Source: Candidatus Electronema halotolerans (lineage in GTDB: Bacteria; Desulfobacterota; Desulfobulbia; Desulfobulbales; Desulfobulbaceae). Taken from it: a DNA stretch of 32,000 nt. Every line of letters begins with the position of its first letter. Position 1 is the first letter of the stretch. Made by a program: the position numbers and the translations under genes. The notes under the pieces were generated by a model. It saw only the letters and a list, made by a program, of their open reading frames with translations, was not told the DNA's origin and did no database searches. Location of the stretch: assembly GCA_942493095.1 (NCBI GenBank), contig OW818675.1, forward strand, positions 690,001-722,000, read 5' to 3'. This document shows, one piece after another, positions 7,905 through 18,395 of this stretch.

Positions 7905-7974
7905 CGTAACCTCGCGGCAATGGTGTCCGATCAGACACCTTGTCCAATATGCTCCTGAATGCGGTTCGGTCTGC
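7905..7974 (-). repeat. Antitoxin-tail repeat, copy D (divergent)
   Basis: CGTAACCTCGCGGCAATGGTGTCCGATCAGACACCTTGTCCAATATGCTCCTGAATGCGGTTCGGTCTGC; minus strand reads ADRTAFRSILDKVSDRTPLPRGYAGE. Confidence 0.8.
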
Positions 7975-7999
7975 ATTTCTTGCCCGTTGCTCCAAAGGT

Positions 8000-8183
8000 G
8001 AATTCAAGTTCCAAGTGCAACTTTTTTTTGGTTGCAAGAAAAGGCAGTTACGGGAGTGTCTCAACTTTGCTTTTGTCGCTAACTAAGAGAAAATAATTGA
8101 AAATTTACATGAAGTATTCAAAGTGCCAGCCAACCTATGCTTTTTGGATAACCAAAAAAAGTTGCACTTGCGAGTTGAATCCA
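8000..8183. repeat. MITE-like inverted-repeat element (~184 bp)
   Basis: Left arm GAATTCAAGTTCCAAGTGCAACTTTTTTT..GGTT; right arm AACCAAAAAAAGTTGCACTTGCGAGTTGAATCC is its near reverse complement over ~34 bp. Confidence 0.7.
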
Positions 8184-8245
8184 CACCCTGCTTGCCATCA
8201 TCAGTTTTTTCGATGCGGTGAAATGACAGTGAAAGAATCAGACAC

Positions 8246-9247
8246 TTACTGCCTTTGATACCGCCGCACTGCCCGATTGTGCTCCTTCAAGGTGCGGGAG
8301 AACTGATGACTGCCGTCATTCTTGGAGACAAAATACAGGTAGGACACCTCTGCCGGGCGGAGGGCGGCTTCCAGAGCCGCTTGGCCCGGATTGCAGATTG
8401 GCCCCGGCGGCAGGCCGCTGATCGTGTAGGTGTTGTAGGGTGTGGCGGCCCGCAGGTCAGCTCTGGTCAGATTGCCGTTGAAATCCGGGATGCCGTAGAT
8501 GACGGTCGGGTCTGACTGGAGCCGCATCCCGCGCCGCAGCCGATTGTAAAAGACCCCGGCAATCAGCTCCCGCTCTCCGGCAGAGCCAGTTTCTTTTTCG
8601 ATGATCGAAGCCAAGGTGAGCAGCTCATGCTGGTTCAGGCGCAGGTCTGCCGGTTTTGCCAAGTTGTTCCAGACCGTGAAAAAACGGCGCGTCATCCTGC
8701 TGATCAGGCCGCGTTCATTGGTTTCGCCGCGCACTACAGAGTATGTTTCCGGGAAAAGATAGCCTTCGAGCGAATCCGCCTTGATGCCCAAGCTGCGGAT
8801 GAAGTCGTAGTCTTGGCAGAGCCGGAGAAAGACCGCTGCATCGGCCCAGCCATCCTTGGCAAAGATGGCTGCGATTTGGCGCATGGTCAGTCCTTCCGGG
8901 ATAGTGACCCAATGCTGCACGGTTTTGGCTTGATGAAGAAAACGGATCACTTGCAGCGGGGTCAGGCCGAGCGGCACTAAGAATTCTCCTGCCCGCAGGG
9001 TGGGCGGATCCTGCCGCTCAATTTCCCGCAGCAATCGCATCAGCACAAGGAAACGGAGATCATCGCGGATGACCCCTTTCTTGGCAAGCATGGTTTTAAT
9101 ATCCCGCACTCCTGCGCCCTTGGGAATGGCAACCAGCACCTCGCCGCTCCCTGCAACAGGACTGAAGACATACCAGGCCAACCAGCCGCAGGCGGACAGT
9201 CCGGCAATAAACAAGGTCAGAAAACTCAGAAAGAAAAAACGACGCAT
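8246..9247 (-). CDS. mltG: Endolytic transglycosylase MltG (YceG-like)
   Basis: TM-containing N-terminus MRRFFFLSFLTLFIAGLSACGWLAWYVFSPV, then IPEGLTMRQIAAIF...LEGYLFPETY...LTLASIIEKETG...ERELIAGVFYNRLRRGMRLQSDPTVIYGI...YNTYTISGLPPGPICNPG. Confidence 0.95.
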   Translation of the reverse strand: MRRFFFLSFLTLFIAGLSACGWLAWYVFSPVAGSGEVLVAIPKGAGVRDIKTMLAKKGVIRDDLRFLVLMRLLREIERQDPPTLRAGEFLVPLGLTPLQVIRFLHQAKTVQHWVTIPEGLTMRQIAAIFAKDGWADAAVFLRLCQDYDFIRSLGIKADSLEGYLFPETYSVVRGETNERGLISRMTRRFFTVWNNLAKPADLRLNQHELLTLASIIEKETGSAGERELIAGVFYNRLRRGMRLQSDPTVIYGIPDFNGNLTRADLRAATPYNTYTISGLPPGPICNPGQAALEAALRPAEVSYLYFVSKNDGSHQFSRTLKEHNRAVRRYQRQ

Positions 9248-9297
9248 TGATCTGCGGAAAAAATAAGGGCGGAGCACGCTCCGCCCTCTCGGCACGC

Positions 9298-11721
9298 TTA
9301 TTCCTTTTTCTGCTCCGGCGGCTTCTTCAAGCTGCCCAAAGTCAGAGCCAGCACCTCGTCCATGTGCTTGACTGGATGGAAGGTGAGCTTGCCGCGCATC
9401 TCTGCCGGGATTTCCACCAAATCCTTTTCATTGTCCTTGGGAATGATGACATGGGTGATCCCGACCCGCAGCGCGGCCAAGGCCTTTTCCTTGAGACCGC
9501 CAATAGGCAGGACCCGTCCGCGCAGGGTCACTTCGCCAGTCATGGCAATGCCCTTTTTCACGCTCTGGCCAGTGATGGCCGAGCAGAGGGCCACGGTCAT
9601 GGTGATGCCTGCGGACGGCCCGTCCTTGGGAATGGCTCCGGCAGGAAAATGGATATGAATGTCATGGCTGTCAAAATAGCTGGCATCAACGCCCAGCTCA
9701 TTGCTCCGGCCCCGGCAGTAGGTCAGGGCGGCCTGCGCTGATTCCTTCATCACCTCGCCCAGCTTGCCGGTGAGGATCAGCTTGCCCTTGCCCGGCACAA
9801 TCGAGGTTTCAATGTGCAGGAGCACCCCGCCCACCGAAGTCCAGGCCAGGCCGACAGCCAAGCCTGGCTGGGCCAAGGTGTCTAATTCCGCATCAGGCAG
9901 GTATTTGGGCGGGCCAAGATATTTCTCGACCGTGTTTTTGGAGATGGTGTATGGCCCCTTGCCGCCCTCGGCGATCTTGCGGGCCAGCTTGCGGCAGATC
10001 CGGCCCAGCTCCCGCTCCAGATTGCGGACACCGGCCTCCTCAGTGTAGTGGGTGATGATCAGGTCAATGATCTCATCCTCCATCTTGACCTGCCTGAGCT
10101 TGAGGCCGTTCTCCTCAGCCTGCCGGGGCAGAAGATAGGTGCGGGCAATGACCCTTTTCTCCTCCTGAGTGTAGCCGGCAATGTTGATCACCTCCATCCG
10201 ATCCATGAGCGGGCTGGGGATGGTGTCGGTGCGGTTGGCTGTGGTGATGAACATGACCTTGGACAGATCAAAAGGCATGTTCAAATAATGATCCGAGAAG
10301 GTGTTGTTCTGCTCAGGATCAAGCACTTCCAGCAGGGCTGAGGAAGGATCGCCCCGGTAATCAGAGCCGATCTTGTCGATCTCATCCATCATAAAGACCG
10401 GATTGCAGGTGCCTGCGCTCTTCAGCCCTTGCAGGATGCGGCCTGGCATGGCCCCGATGTAGGTGCGGCGATGGCCGCGAATCTCGGCCTCATCGTGCAT
10501 GCCGCCCAAAGAGAGCCGGTAGAACTTGCGGCCCATAGCCCGGGCCACAGCCCGGCCCAGCGAGGTCTTGCCCACGCCCGGCGGGCCGACAAAGCAGAGA
10601 ATCGGCCCCTTGGTGCTGCTGTTCAGCTTGCGCACGGCAAGAAATTCAAGGATGCGCTCCTTGACCTTTTCCAAGCCGTAATGATCTTCGTCCAAAACCT
10701 TTGCCGCCTTGATCAGATCCAGCAGGTCTTTGGAGATTTTCTTCCACGGCAGCTCAATGATCCACTCAATATAGGTGCGGATGATGTTGGCCTCGGATGC
10801 GTCCGGGTGCATCATCTCCAGCCGCTTCAGCTCCTTGAGAGCCTCCTTGCGGGCATACTTGGGCAGCTTCTTTTTGCCGATCTTCTTTTGCAGCTCCTCA
10901 ATGTCCTCAGTGTAGGAGTCGTCATCGCCCAGCTCCTTTTTCAGAGCCTGCATCTGCTCGCGGAGGAAATACTCCCGCTGGGACTTTGACATCTCCTCTT
11001 TGGCATCAGACTGGATTTTCGCCTGCACCGCCGCCACTTCCAGCTCCTTGTTGAGCAGATTGGCGACCAAGCGCAGCCGCTCAATCGGATCAGCTGTCTC
11101 CAGTATTTTCTGGGACTCAGCCACCTTGAGGCGGAGATTGGAGCCGACCAGATCAGCCAGACGGCCCGGCTCCTCAATGCTGTTGATGATGCCCATCAGG
11201 TCAGCAGAGAGAATGCCGCGCAGGGACATGATCTTCTCGGTCTGCTCCCGCACCAAGCGCATCAGGGCTTCAACTTCCACAGTGATCTCGCCGGTCTCCT
11301 CCTCCTCAACCAAGCTGATGCTGACCCGGAAATGCGGGTCCTCCTGCTTGTATTCAGTGATCTTGGCCTTGGACAGCGCCTGGACCAGCACTTTCAGCCT
11401 GCCGTCGGGCAGCTTGAGGCTGCGCATGACCATGACCACCATGCCGGTCTCGTACAAATCCTCCGGTACTGGCTTGTCGCTGGATGCCTCCTTCTGCGTG
11501 ACCAGCATCAGCATCTTGTCGCCGTTCATGGCCTCGTTGACCGCAGATACTGAGCTGGGCCGACCCACAAACAGCGGCAGGATCATGTAGTTGAAGACCA
11601 CCACATCCCGGACCGCCATCATGGGCAGCTCTTCCGGGATGTCCGCGTCCTGAACGTTTTCAGCAAAATCGTCCATGCTGCTGGACAATGAATCGTCACT
11701 CTGCAATTTTTCCTCCTGCAA
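9298..11721 (-). CDS. lon: ATP-dependent protease Lon
   Basis: 807 aa; CFVGPPGVGKTSLGRAVARAMGRKFYRLSLGGMHDEAEIRGHRRTYIGAMPGRI; catalytic GPSAGITM. Confidence 0.98.
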   Translation of the reverse strand: MQEEKLQSDDSLSSSMDDFAENVQDADIPEELPMMAVRDVVVFNYMILPLFVGRPSSVSAVNEAMNGDKMLMLVTQKEASSDKPVPEDLYETGMVVMVMRSLKLPDGRLKVLVQALSKAKITEYKQEDPHFRVSISLVEEEETGEITVEVEALMRLVREQTEKIMSLRGILSADLMGIINSIEEPGRLADLVGSNLRLKVAESQKILETADPIERLRLVANLLNKELEVAAVQAKIQSDAKEEMSKSQREYFLREQMQALKKELGDDDSYTEDIEELQKKIGKKKLPKYARKEALKELKRLEMMHPDASEANIIRTYIEWIIELPWKKISKDLLDLIKAAKVLDEDHYGLEKVKERILEFLAVRKLNSSTKGPILCFVGPPGVGKTSLGRAVARAMGRKFYRLSLGGMHDEAEIRGHRRTYIGAMPGRILQGLKSAGTCNPVFMMDEIDKIGSDYRGDPSSALLEVLDPEQNNTFSDHYLNMPFDLSKVMFITTANRTDTIPSPLMDRMEVINIAGYTQEEKRVIARTYLLPRQAEENGLKLRQVKMEDEIIDLIITHYTEEAGVRNLERELGRICRKLARKIAEGGKGPYTISKNTVEKYLGPPKYLPDAELDTLAQPGLAVGLAWTSVGGVLLHIETSIVPGKGKLILTGKLGEVMKESAQAALTYCRGRSNELGVDASYFDSHDIHIHFPAGAIPKDGPSAGITMTVALCSAITGQSVKKGIAMTGEVTLRGRVLPIGGLKEKALAALRVGITHVIIPKDNEKDLVEIPAEMRGKLTFHPVKHMDEVLALTLGSLKKPPEQKKE

Positions 11722-11891
11722 TCAGGAAATTATCAGCTCTGCTCCTCTTCCGGCCACTCTTGGGCAACATTCTGCCGCATCTATGGTTGAAAGAAAGTAA
11801 ACATAACCTTATAGTAAGTCAAGCCGAGGGCGCGGCCAGAAGTGAAAAAACATTGCCTGCGCCCTTTTCCCGTTGACCGCAGAGGTGCCAG

Positions 11892-12692
11892 ATGCTTTCC
11901 ACCCCTTCTTTTTTTGCGCTGCATGATTTTTCTCATCAGGCCGTGTTTCAGGACACTGTTCATGTCTGGGACGCGCTCAAGAACCTGAAAGCCTACATGC
12001 ACGGACTGCCCTGCCCGCTGCTCCGCCATCCCCGGCTGCAAGACGGCGTGCCGCTGCCCTGCCATCTGATTTTGCACGAAGGTGAGCTGCGGGAGGCTGC
12101 GGACTGTGAGATCACGTGGGGCGATGCGACTAAAGGTGAGCTGCGGGTGACGTGCAGCGGCCAGGAACTGACTGGAGCTTCAGTCATTATGGCCGGGGCC
12201 GTGCTGATGGGCGCGGGCATCCAGCTTGGCAAGGGGGTGCTGATCGAGTCCGGCGCGCTGATCAAAGGGCCAGCCGTGCTGGGAGACTACACCGAGGTGC
12301 GGCAAGGCGCGTACCTGCGCGGCCACTGTCTGACCGGTAAAAGTTGCGTCCTTGGTCATGCCACTGAGGTCAAGCATTCAATCTTTCTTAACGATGCCAA
12401 GGCAGGCCATTTCGCCTATCTGGGCGATTCCATTCTCGGCAGCGCGGCCAATCTCGGCGCAGGGACCAAGTTCGCCAATCTCCGCTTTCTGCCCGGCAAT
12501 GTCCCGGTGCGCACGGCAAAGGGCCTGATTGACAGCGGCCTGCGCAAGTTCGGGGCCATCCTCGGCGACCGGGCGCAGACCGGCTGCAACTCTGTCACCA
12601 ATCCCGGCATCCTGCTCGGCCCGGACAGCCTCCTCCTGCCCAACACCACCGCCCCTTCAGGGTATCATCCGCCAAAGTCCATGCTGCGCTGA
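11892..12692 (+). CDS. Left-handed beta-helix (hexapeptide) acyltransferase-like protein, GlmU C-terminal-like
   Basis: 266 aa with hexapeptide-like turns: GASVIMAGAVLMGAGIQLGKGVLIESGALIKGPAVLGDYTEVRQGAYLRGHCLTGKSCVLGHATEVKHSIFL. Confidence 0.8.
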   Translation: MLSTPSFFALHDFSHQAVFQDTVHVWDALKNLKAYMHGLPCPLLRHPRLQDGVPLPCHLILHEGELREAADCEITWGDATKGELRVTCSGQELTGASVIMAGAVLMGAGIQLGKGVLIESGALIKGPAVLGDYTEVRQGAYLRGHCLTGKSCVLGHATEVKHSIFLNDAKAGHFAYLGDSILGSAANLGAGTKFANLRFLPGNVPVRTAKGLIDSGLRKFGAILGDRAQTGCNSVTNPGILLGPDSLLLPNTTAPSGYHPPKSMLR

Positions 12693-12962
12693 GACTGCAA
12701 CGCAAGGGAGGAAATATGGCTATTCTGCTGCTCAAAATGCGCTCTGGCATAATTTTTCCTCCAAGACCTGTAAAGGGCGGACACACGGCAAACGCATGAC
12801 TTTTGCTGTGAATTCAGCATAATATTACTGCCGCGTTATCGCGACTGAGGAGCGGAATTTTATTTGTGCAATTGTCAAGCACAAAAGTATCGAAGAAGTG
12901 CCATAAGACAAGATTGCCTAATCTGGGCACAAAAAACGCTTGACTTGTAACTGGCTGATTTA

Positions 12963-15569
12963 TTATGGACAAGTCATGTGTTTGCCCTGCCCAAACACCA
13001 GCCCCTTCTCCCTCTGATCAATCACAATCCGGTCGCCCTCACTGAACCTTCCTTCCAGCAATTCCAAAGCCAACGGATCTTCAATCTGCCGCTGAATGGC
13101 CCGCTTCAAGGGTCGGGCACCGTAAGTCGGGTCATAGCCGCTTTCCACCAAGAAGAGCTTGGCCGCCTCGGTCAATTCGACAGAGAGCTTTCGTTCGGCA
13201 AGACGTTTCGCCATCCTTGCAATCTGGATATCGACAATCTGGAGCAAGTCCTCGCGGCTCAGGCCGTGGAAAGTGATGATCTCATCAACCCGGTTGAGGA
13301 ATTCGGGGCGGAACTGCCGATGCAGCAGTTCATCGACCTGCCGCCGCATGGCCTCCGGGTCGCTCTGGCCCAGCTCCATGATCACGTGACTGCCAAGGTT
13401 GGAGGTCATGATCATGATGGTGTTTTTGAACGAAACCGTCCGGCCCTTGCCGTCAGTCATCCGTCCGTCGTCCAGCACTTGGAGAAGGACATTGAACACA
13501 TCCGGGTGCGCCTTTTCAATCTCATCCAAGAGAATGACCGAATAAGGCCGCCGCCGCACTGCCTCGGTGAGCATTCCGCCTTCGTCATAGCCGACATAGC
13601 CTGGAGGCGCGCCGATCAGCCGGGCCACAGAGTGCTTCTCCATGTATTCCGACATGTCAATGCGGATCATGGCCTGCTCGGAATCAAAGAGGAAATCCGC
13701 CAGACTGCGGGCCAGCTCGGTCTTGCCGACACCGGTCGGGCCAAGGAAGATGAAGGAGCCGAGCGGCCTGTCCGGGTCTTGCAAGCCCGCTCTGGCCCGG
13801 CGCACCGCGTTGGCAACCGAGACAATGGCCTCTTTCTGGCCAATCACCCGCCGGGCCAGCTGCTCCTCGGCATGAACCAGCTTCTCCTTTTCGCCTTCCA
13901 GCAGCCTGTCCACCGGCACGCCCGTCCACTTGGCGACCACTGCGGCCACGTCCTCCGCGCTGACCTCCTCCTTGAGCATCTGGTGATCCTGCTGCACCTC
14001 GGCCAGCTTGCGGTTCTCCGCCTCCATCTCCTTTTCCAGAGTGACAATCCGGCCATAGCGGATCTCCGCCACCTTGCTCAAGTCACCGGCCCGCTCTGCC
14101 CGCTGCTCCTCGCTGCGGGCCTCGTCAATCTTGGTCTTGATCGCCCCGATGCGCTGGATGACATCTTTCTCAAGCTGCCACTGCGCTTTCATTCCATCAA
14201 GCCGCTCGTTCAGCTCGGCCAAATCCTTCCGCACTCGCTCCAGCTGCTCCTGCGAGGCCTTATCCTTCTCCTTTTTCAGAGCCTCCTGCTCAATCTCCAT
14301 CTTGATCCGTTTGCGGTCCAGCTCGTCAATCTCGGTCGGCATGGAGTCAATCTCAATGCGCAGCTTGGAGGCCGCTTCATCAATCAGATCAATGGCCTTG
14401 TCCGGCAGGAAGCGGTCGCTGATGTAGCGGTTGGAAAGGACAACCGCCGCCACGGTGGCCGCATCCTGAATGCGCACGCCGTGATGGACCTCGTATTTCT
14501 CCTTGATGCCGCGCAGGATGGCGATAGTGTCCTCCTCACTCGGCTCCTGCACCAAAACCGGCTGGAAACGGCGTTCCAAGGCCGCGTCTTTCTCAATGTA
14601 TTTGCGGTATTCGTCCAAAGTGGTCGCGCCGACGCAGTGCAGCTCACCCCGCGCCAGAGCAGGCTTGAGCATGTTGGAGGCATCCATCGAGCCTTCTGCC
14701 GCGCCCGCGCCGACCAAGGTATGAATTTCATCAATAAAGAGAATCACCTCGCCCGCCTTCTTCTCCACCTCTTTCAGCACCGCCTTGAGCCGGTCTTCAA
14801 ACTCGCCCCGGTACTTGGCACCCGCAATGAGCAGGCCAAGATCAAGAGCAATGACCTGCTTGCCGCGCAAAGTGGCCGGAATGTCGCCGTTGACAATGCG
14901 CTGGGCCAGCCCCTCAACTATCGCGGTCTTGCCCACGCCCGGCTCGCCGATCAGCACGGGGTTGTTCTTGGTGCGGCGGCTGAGAACCTGAATGATCCGG
15001 CGCACCTCCTCATCCCGGCCAATGACTGGATCGAGCTTGCCACGCCGGGCAACATCGGTCAAGTTGCGGGCGTACTTCTCCAAGGCTTGGTACTTATCTT
15101 CCGGGTAGGGGTCAGTGACGCGCTGGTTGCCGCGAATGCTGGTCAATGCTTGCAGGAATTTGTCCGCCGTGATACCAAGCCGGGCGAGCATTTTGGCGAC
15201 TGCAAGGTGACCGCTCTTGAGCACCGCCAAGAACAGGTGCTCCTGACTGACATAGTCATCCTGCATGGCCGCCGCCTCTTTAAAGGCCTGGTCAAGCACT
15301 TTGCGGAAATCATTGGACGGATAGACTTGGCCCGCGCCGGAGCCGCTGACCTTGGGCAGCTTGGCCAAGAGCTGGTTGATTTCAGCCAGCACCGCAGCCG
15401 GGTTTGCGCCTAATTTCTGCAAGACCGGCACAGCCACGCCTTCGGGCTGCTCCAGAACCGCTTTCAGCAGGTGTTCAGGCTGAATTTCCGGGCTGCCAAA
15501 CTGCTCGGCCAGAGCGACAGCGGCCTGCACCGCTTCCTGCGATTTGACAGTGAATTTGTCGAGTTTCAT
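12963..15569 (-). CDS. clpB: Disaggregase chaperone ClpB
   Basis: 868 aa; two Walker A motifs ([18 protein letters not shown] and [15 protein letters not shown]), ClpB middle domain, [32 protein letters not shown]. Confidence 0.98.
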   Translation of the reverse strand: MKLDKFTVKSQEAVQAAVALAEQFGSPEIQPEHLLKAVLEQPEGVAVPVLQKLGANPAAVLAEINQLLAKLPKVSGSGAGQVYPSNDFRKVLDQAFKEAAAMQDDYVSQEHLFLAVLKSGHLAVAKMLARLGITADKFLQALTSIRGNQRVTDPYPEDKYQALEKYARNLTDVARRGKLDPVIGRDEEVRRIIQVLSRRTKNNPVLIGEPGVGKTAIVEGLAQRIVNGDIPATLRGKQVIALDLGLLIAGAKYRGEFEDRLKAVLKEVEKKAGEVILFIDEIHTLVGAGAAEGSMDASNMLKPALARGELHCVGATTLDEYRKYIEKDAALERRFQPVLVQEPSEEDTIAILRGIKEKYEVHHGVRIQDAATVAAVVLSNRYISDRFLPDKAIDLIDEAASKLRIEIDSMPTEIDELDRKRIKMEIEQEALKKEKDKASQEQLERVRKDLAELNERLDGMKAQWQLEKDVIQRIGAIKTKIDEARSEEQRAERAGDLSKVAEIRYGRIVTLEKEMEAENRKLAEVQQDHQMLKEEVSAEDVAAVVAKWTGVPVDRLLEGEKEKLVHAEEQLARRVIGQKEAIVSVANAVRRARAGLQDPDRPLGSFIFLGPTGVGKTELARSLADFLFDSEQAMIRIDMSEYMEKHSVARLIGAPPGYVGYDEGGMLTEAVRRRPYSVILLDEIEKAHPDVFNVLLQVLDDGRMTDGKGRTVSFKNTIMIMTSNLGSHVIMELGQSDPEAMRRQVDELLHRQFRPEFLNRVDEIITFHGLSREDLLQIVDIQIARMAKRLAERKLSVELTEAAKLFLVESGYDPTYGARPLKRAIQRQIEDPLALELLEGRFSEGDRIVIDQREKGLVFGQGKHMTCP

Positions 15570-15737
15570 GGCTTCCTCCGCATGGTTTCTTTACGGGAGA
15601 AAGTACGTATGATTGGCGGTTTGTCAAGGCGATGGCGGGCCATGATCGCCATGAGATGGCATTTGAAAAAAACAGCGGGCCAGAAGAGGCAATCCCCTCT
15701 TCCGGCCCGTTCAGCACAGCCTGATACAGCAGCGGCT

Positions 15738-17501
15738 TTAGAACACGCCCTTCACCTTGCCGGTCTCCACATCCACATCAATGCGGCGGTAGGCCGGGTT
15801 GGAGGCGGTGCCTGGCATCAGGGTGATGGCCCCAGCCACTGGCACGACAAAGCCTGCGCCCTTGTAGGTCAGGATGTCGCGGATCGGCAGGGTCCAGCCC
15901 TTGGGCGCGCCCTTGAGGGACGGATCGTGCGACAGGGAAAGATGGCTCTTGACCATGCAGGTGGTCATCTCCTTCATCTCCGGGTCAGCCTCCAGCCGCT
16001 TGAGCTTGGCCTGAGCTTCCGGGGTGTAAGTCACGCCGTCGCCGCCATAAACTTCCTTGACGATCAGCTCAATGCGCTTGGAGAGCGGGGTCTCAAGGTC
16101 ATAGAGGAACTTGAACTCATTCGGCTCCTCGCAGGCATCAATGACCGCGTCAGCAAACTCCAGCGCGCCGTCGCCGCCGTACTGCCAGTGCTTGGACAGA
16201 GCCACCCGCGCTCCGGCAGACTCGCACATCCGACGCACGGCGGCAATCTCGTTGTCTGTGTCGGTGTAGAAGGCATTGATGCAGACCACCGGATTGATGC
16301 CCGCCTTCTTGACTGTCTCAATATGGTGGATGAGGTTCTTGCAGCCTTTCTCCACCCAGCCCACGTTCTCGCCCTTGTACTCTTCCGGCATTGGTCGGCC
16401 CGGCACTGGAATCGGTGCGCCGCCGTGACACTTGAGGGCGCGAATGGTGGCGACCACAACTGCGCAGTTCGGCTTGAGGCCGGAGTAGCGGCATTTGAGG
16501 TTCCAGAACTTCTCAAAACCGATGTCCGCGCCAAAGCCGGACTCTGTGATATTGTAATCAGCCAGCTTGAGAGCCACCCGGTCAGCAATGACGGAAGACT
16601 GACCAATGGCGATATTGGCGAACGGCCCGGCATGAACAATGACCGGTTGGCCCTCAATGGTCTGCATCAGGTTGGGATTGATGGCATCGACCATCCACGC
16701 GGTCATGGCACCGGCCACGTCAAGGTCAGAGGTGGTGATCGGGCGGTCCTGCTTGTCATACGCCACGACAATTTTGCCGATCCGCTCCCGCATGTCCTTC
16801 AGGTCTTTGGCAATGGAAAGGATGGCCATGATCTCGGAAGAGACCGCGATGTTGAAGCCGGACTGCATGGTCATGCCGTCCATCTTGCCGCCCAGACCAA
16901 TGGTGATGTTGCGCAGGGCTTGGGCGCAGAAATCCATGATCCAGCGGAATTCCACCTTGTTCGGGTGGATGTCCAAGCGCCGCAGGTCGCTCTGGGCCAG
17001 TCGCTCGTCCGTGTAGTTGCGCTCATGCTGCATCCGCGAGGTCAGCGCGACCATGCCCAGATTGTGGGCGTTCATGATCGCGTTGATATCGCCGGTCATG
17101 CCAAGGGAGAACGGGGTCAGCGGCACGCACTGGGCCAGACCGCCGCCTGCGGCAGAACCCTTGATGTTCATGGTCGGGCCGCCGGAAGGCTGACGGATGG
17201 CGCCGACCACCGACTTGCCGCGTTTGCCCATGCCCTGCACCAGACCCATAGCGCAGGTGGATTTGCCCTCACCGAGCGGAGTCGGGGTGATGGCGGTCAC
17301 GTCAATATACTTGCCGTCGGGCCGGTCCTTGAGGCGGTCAAGGATTTTGCGGTAGTCCAGCTTGGCTAAATAATGGCCGTGCGGCAGCAGCTCCTCCTTG
17401 TCCAAGCCGAGCTGCTCGCCCAGCTCATAGACAGTTTTCATCCGGCTTTCCGCCTCTTCGGCGATTTCCCAGTCAGCGTGTTTGGTGGGATCCAGAGCCA
17501 T
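15738..17501 (-). CDS. fhs: Formate-tetrahydrofolate ligase
   Basis: [42 protein letters not shown]; ATG at 17501 preceded by AGGAGAAACGAC. Confidence 0.97.
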   Translation of the reverse strand: MALDPTKHADWEIAEEAESRMKTVYELGEQLGLDKEELLPHGHYLAKLDYRKILDRLKDRPDGKYIDVTAITPTPLGEGKSTCAMGLVQGMGKRGKSVVGAIRQPSGGPTMNIKGSAAGGGLAQCVPLTPFSLGMTGDINAIMNAHNLGMVALTSRMQHERNYTDERLAQSDLRRLDIHPNKVEFRWIMDFCAQALRNITIGLGGKMDGMTMQSGFNIAVSSEIMAILSIAKDLKDMRERIGKIVVAYDKQDRPITTSDLDVAGAMTAWMVDAINPNLMQTIEGQPVIVHAGPFANIAIGQSSVIADRVALKLADYNITESGFGADIGFEKFWNLKCRYSGLKPNCAVVVATIRALKCHGGAPIPVPGRPMPEEYKGENVGWVEKGCKNLIHHIETVKKAGINPVVCINAFYTDTDNEIAAVRRMCESAGARVALSKHWQYGGDGALEFADAVIDACEEPNEFKFLYDLETPLSKRIELIVKEVYGGDGVTYTPEAQAKLKRLEADPEMKEMTTCMVKSHLSLSHDPSLKGAPKGWTLPIRDILTYKGAGFVVPVAGAITLMPGTASNPAYRRIDVDVETGKVKGVF

Positions 17502-17813
17502 GTCGTTTCTCCTGTTGCAAGGGTTAAGATGGAAAATAAAGGCATCTTGCGGAAACGCACCGAAGCGGCGCGGCACAGACAATTTTGCAAACCCACCTTG
17601 ATAGCAAATTTTCACTGTGTTGTCAACACAGCACCGCATGGAACCGTAGAGAACAGCTACATGCTGCGTTGTGCCGCACCTGGCTGTAATCTCTTACTTT
17701 TTAATAAAATTAAAGCAGTTGCCCGCTTTCCTCCTTGACAAAGGGGATATTTTTCCCTTATTATTTTAACGAATACTGAAGAACTTAATCATGAATAAAT
17801 AGGAGATATTATT

Positions 17814-17996
17814 ATGTGTAATTTTGTCCCCAAGGCTAGTGATCTGACTGACCTGAAGAAACTGATGACGAAAACTTCCTTTTTTATTCGCGAAATGTTT
17901 CGCAAGAAAGAGGAAGCTCCAGCAGCCTTTGACTTCCTTTCTCCGCCGAAAGAAGAGAAAGACCCGGAACGCGGCAGAGCCTGCTCCGCTGTCTGA
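17814..17996 (+). CDS. Small hypothetical protein (60 aa)
   Basis: ATG preceded by TAGGAGATATTATT; followed by a strong intrinsic terminator. MCNFVPKASDLTDLKKLMTKTSFFIREMFRKKEEAPAAFDFLSPPKEEKDPERGRACSAV. Confidence 0.6.
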   Translation: MCNFVPKASDLTDLKKLMTKTSFFIREMFRKKEEAPAAFDFLSPPKEEKDPERGRACSAV

Positions 17997-18026
17997 GAAC
18001 ATCTCTCATCTCCATCTTCACCTGCC

Positions 18027-18060
18027 GCCGGGAGAATCTCCTCTCCCGGCCTTTTTTTTC
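18027..18060 (+). terminator. Intrinsic terminator after the 60-aa ORF
   Basis: GCCGGGAGA-ATCTCC-TCTCCCGGC perfect 9-bp stem, then a T run. Confidence 0.9.
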
Positions 18061-18279
18061 GTAAGTGTCATCCTTCGTTAAGACTTTTCAAGATAGTATT
18101 TCAGGTTTCTGTTGCCATAGCTGACCACCCGTCTCTTCGAAGCGACTCTCCAAAGGATGGGAATGAAAAAAGGATGAAATTTCCCTCTGCTGGAGAGACG
18201 CAGCCTGACGGGGTGGTTGACAGGTTCCGGGAACGCCTCATGCTCAAATCAAACCTGCCGTAGGCCGGAACTGACACAA

Positions 18280-18328
18280 AACTAAAATATTATAAAAAAC
18301 AATAAGTTGTTTAGCTTGCGAACAACTC
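18280..18328 (-). terminator. Intrinsic terminator of the decarboxylase gene
   Basis: Minus strand AGTTGTT-CGCAAGCTA-AACAACT then TATTGTTTTTTATAATATTTT. Confidence 0.65.
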
Positions 18329-18395
18329 AGGCTGGAGGATGGGAACAGCAGGAGCACTGCGCCGCCGGAATGACGGCGCAGGGGACAGAGCGGGA

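Noticed and set aside
12978-15413. 811-aa plus-strand ORF antisense to clpB
   Set aside because: Mirror ORF of a highly conserved coding frame in GC-rich DNA; composition is typical of antisense translation (Leu/His/Asp/Arg-rich, no motifs).
15471-17369. 632-aa plus-strand ORF antisense to fhs
   Set aside because: Overlaps almost all of the confidently assigned fhs gene; low-complexity antisense composition and no recognisable domain.
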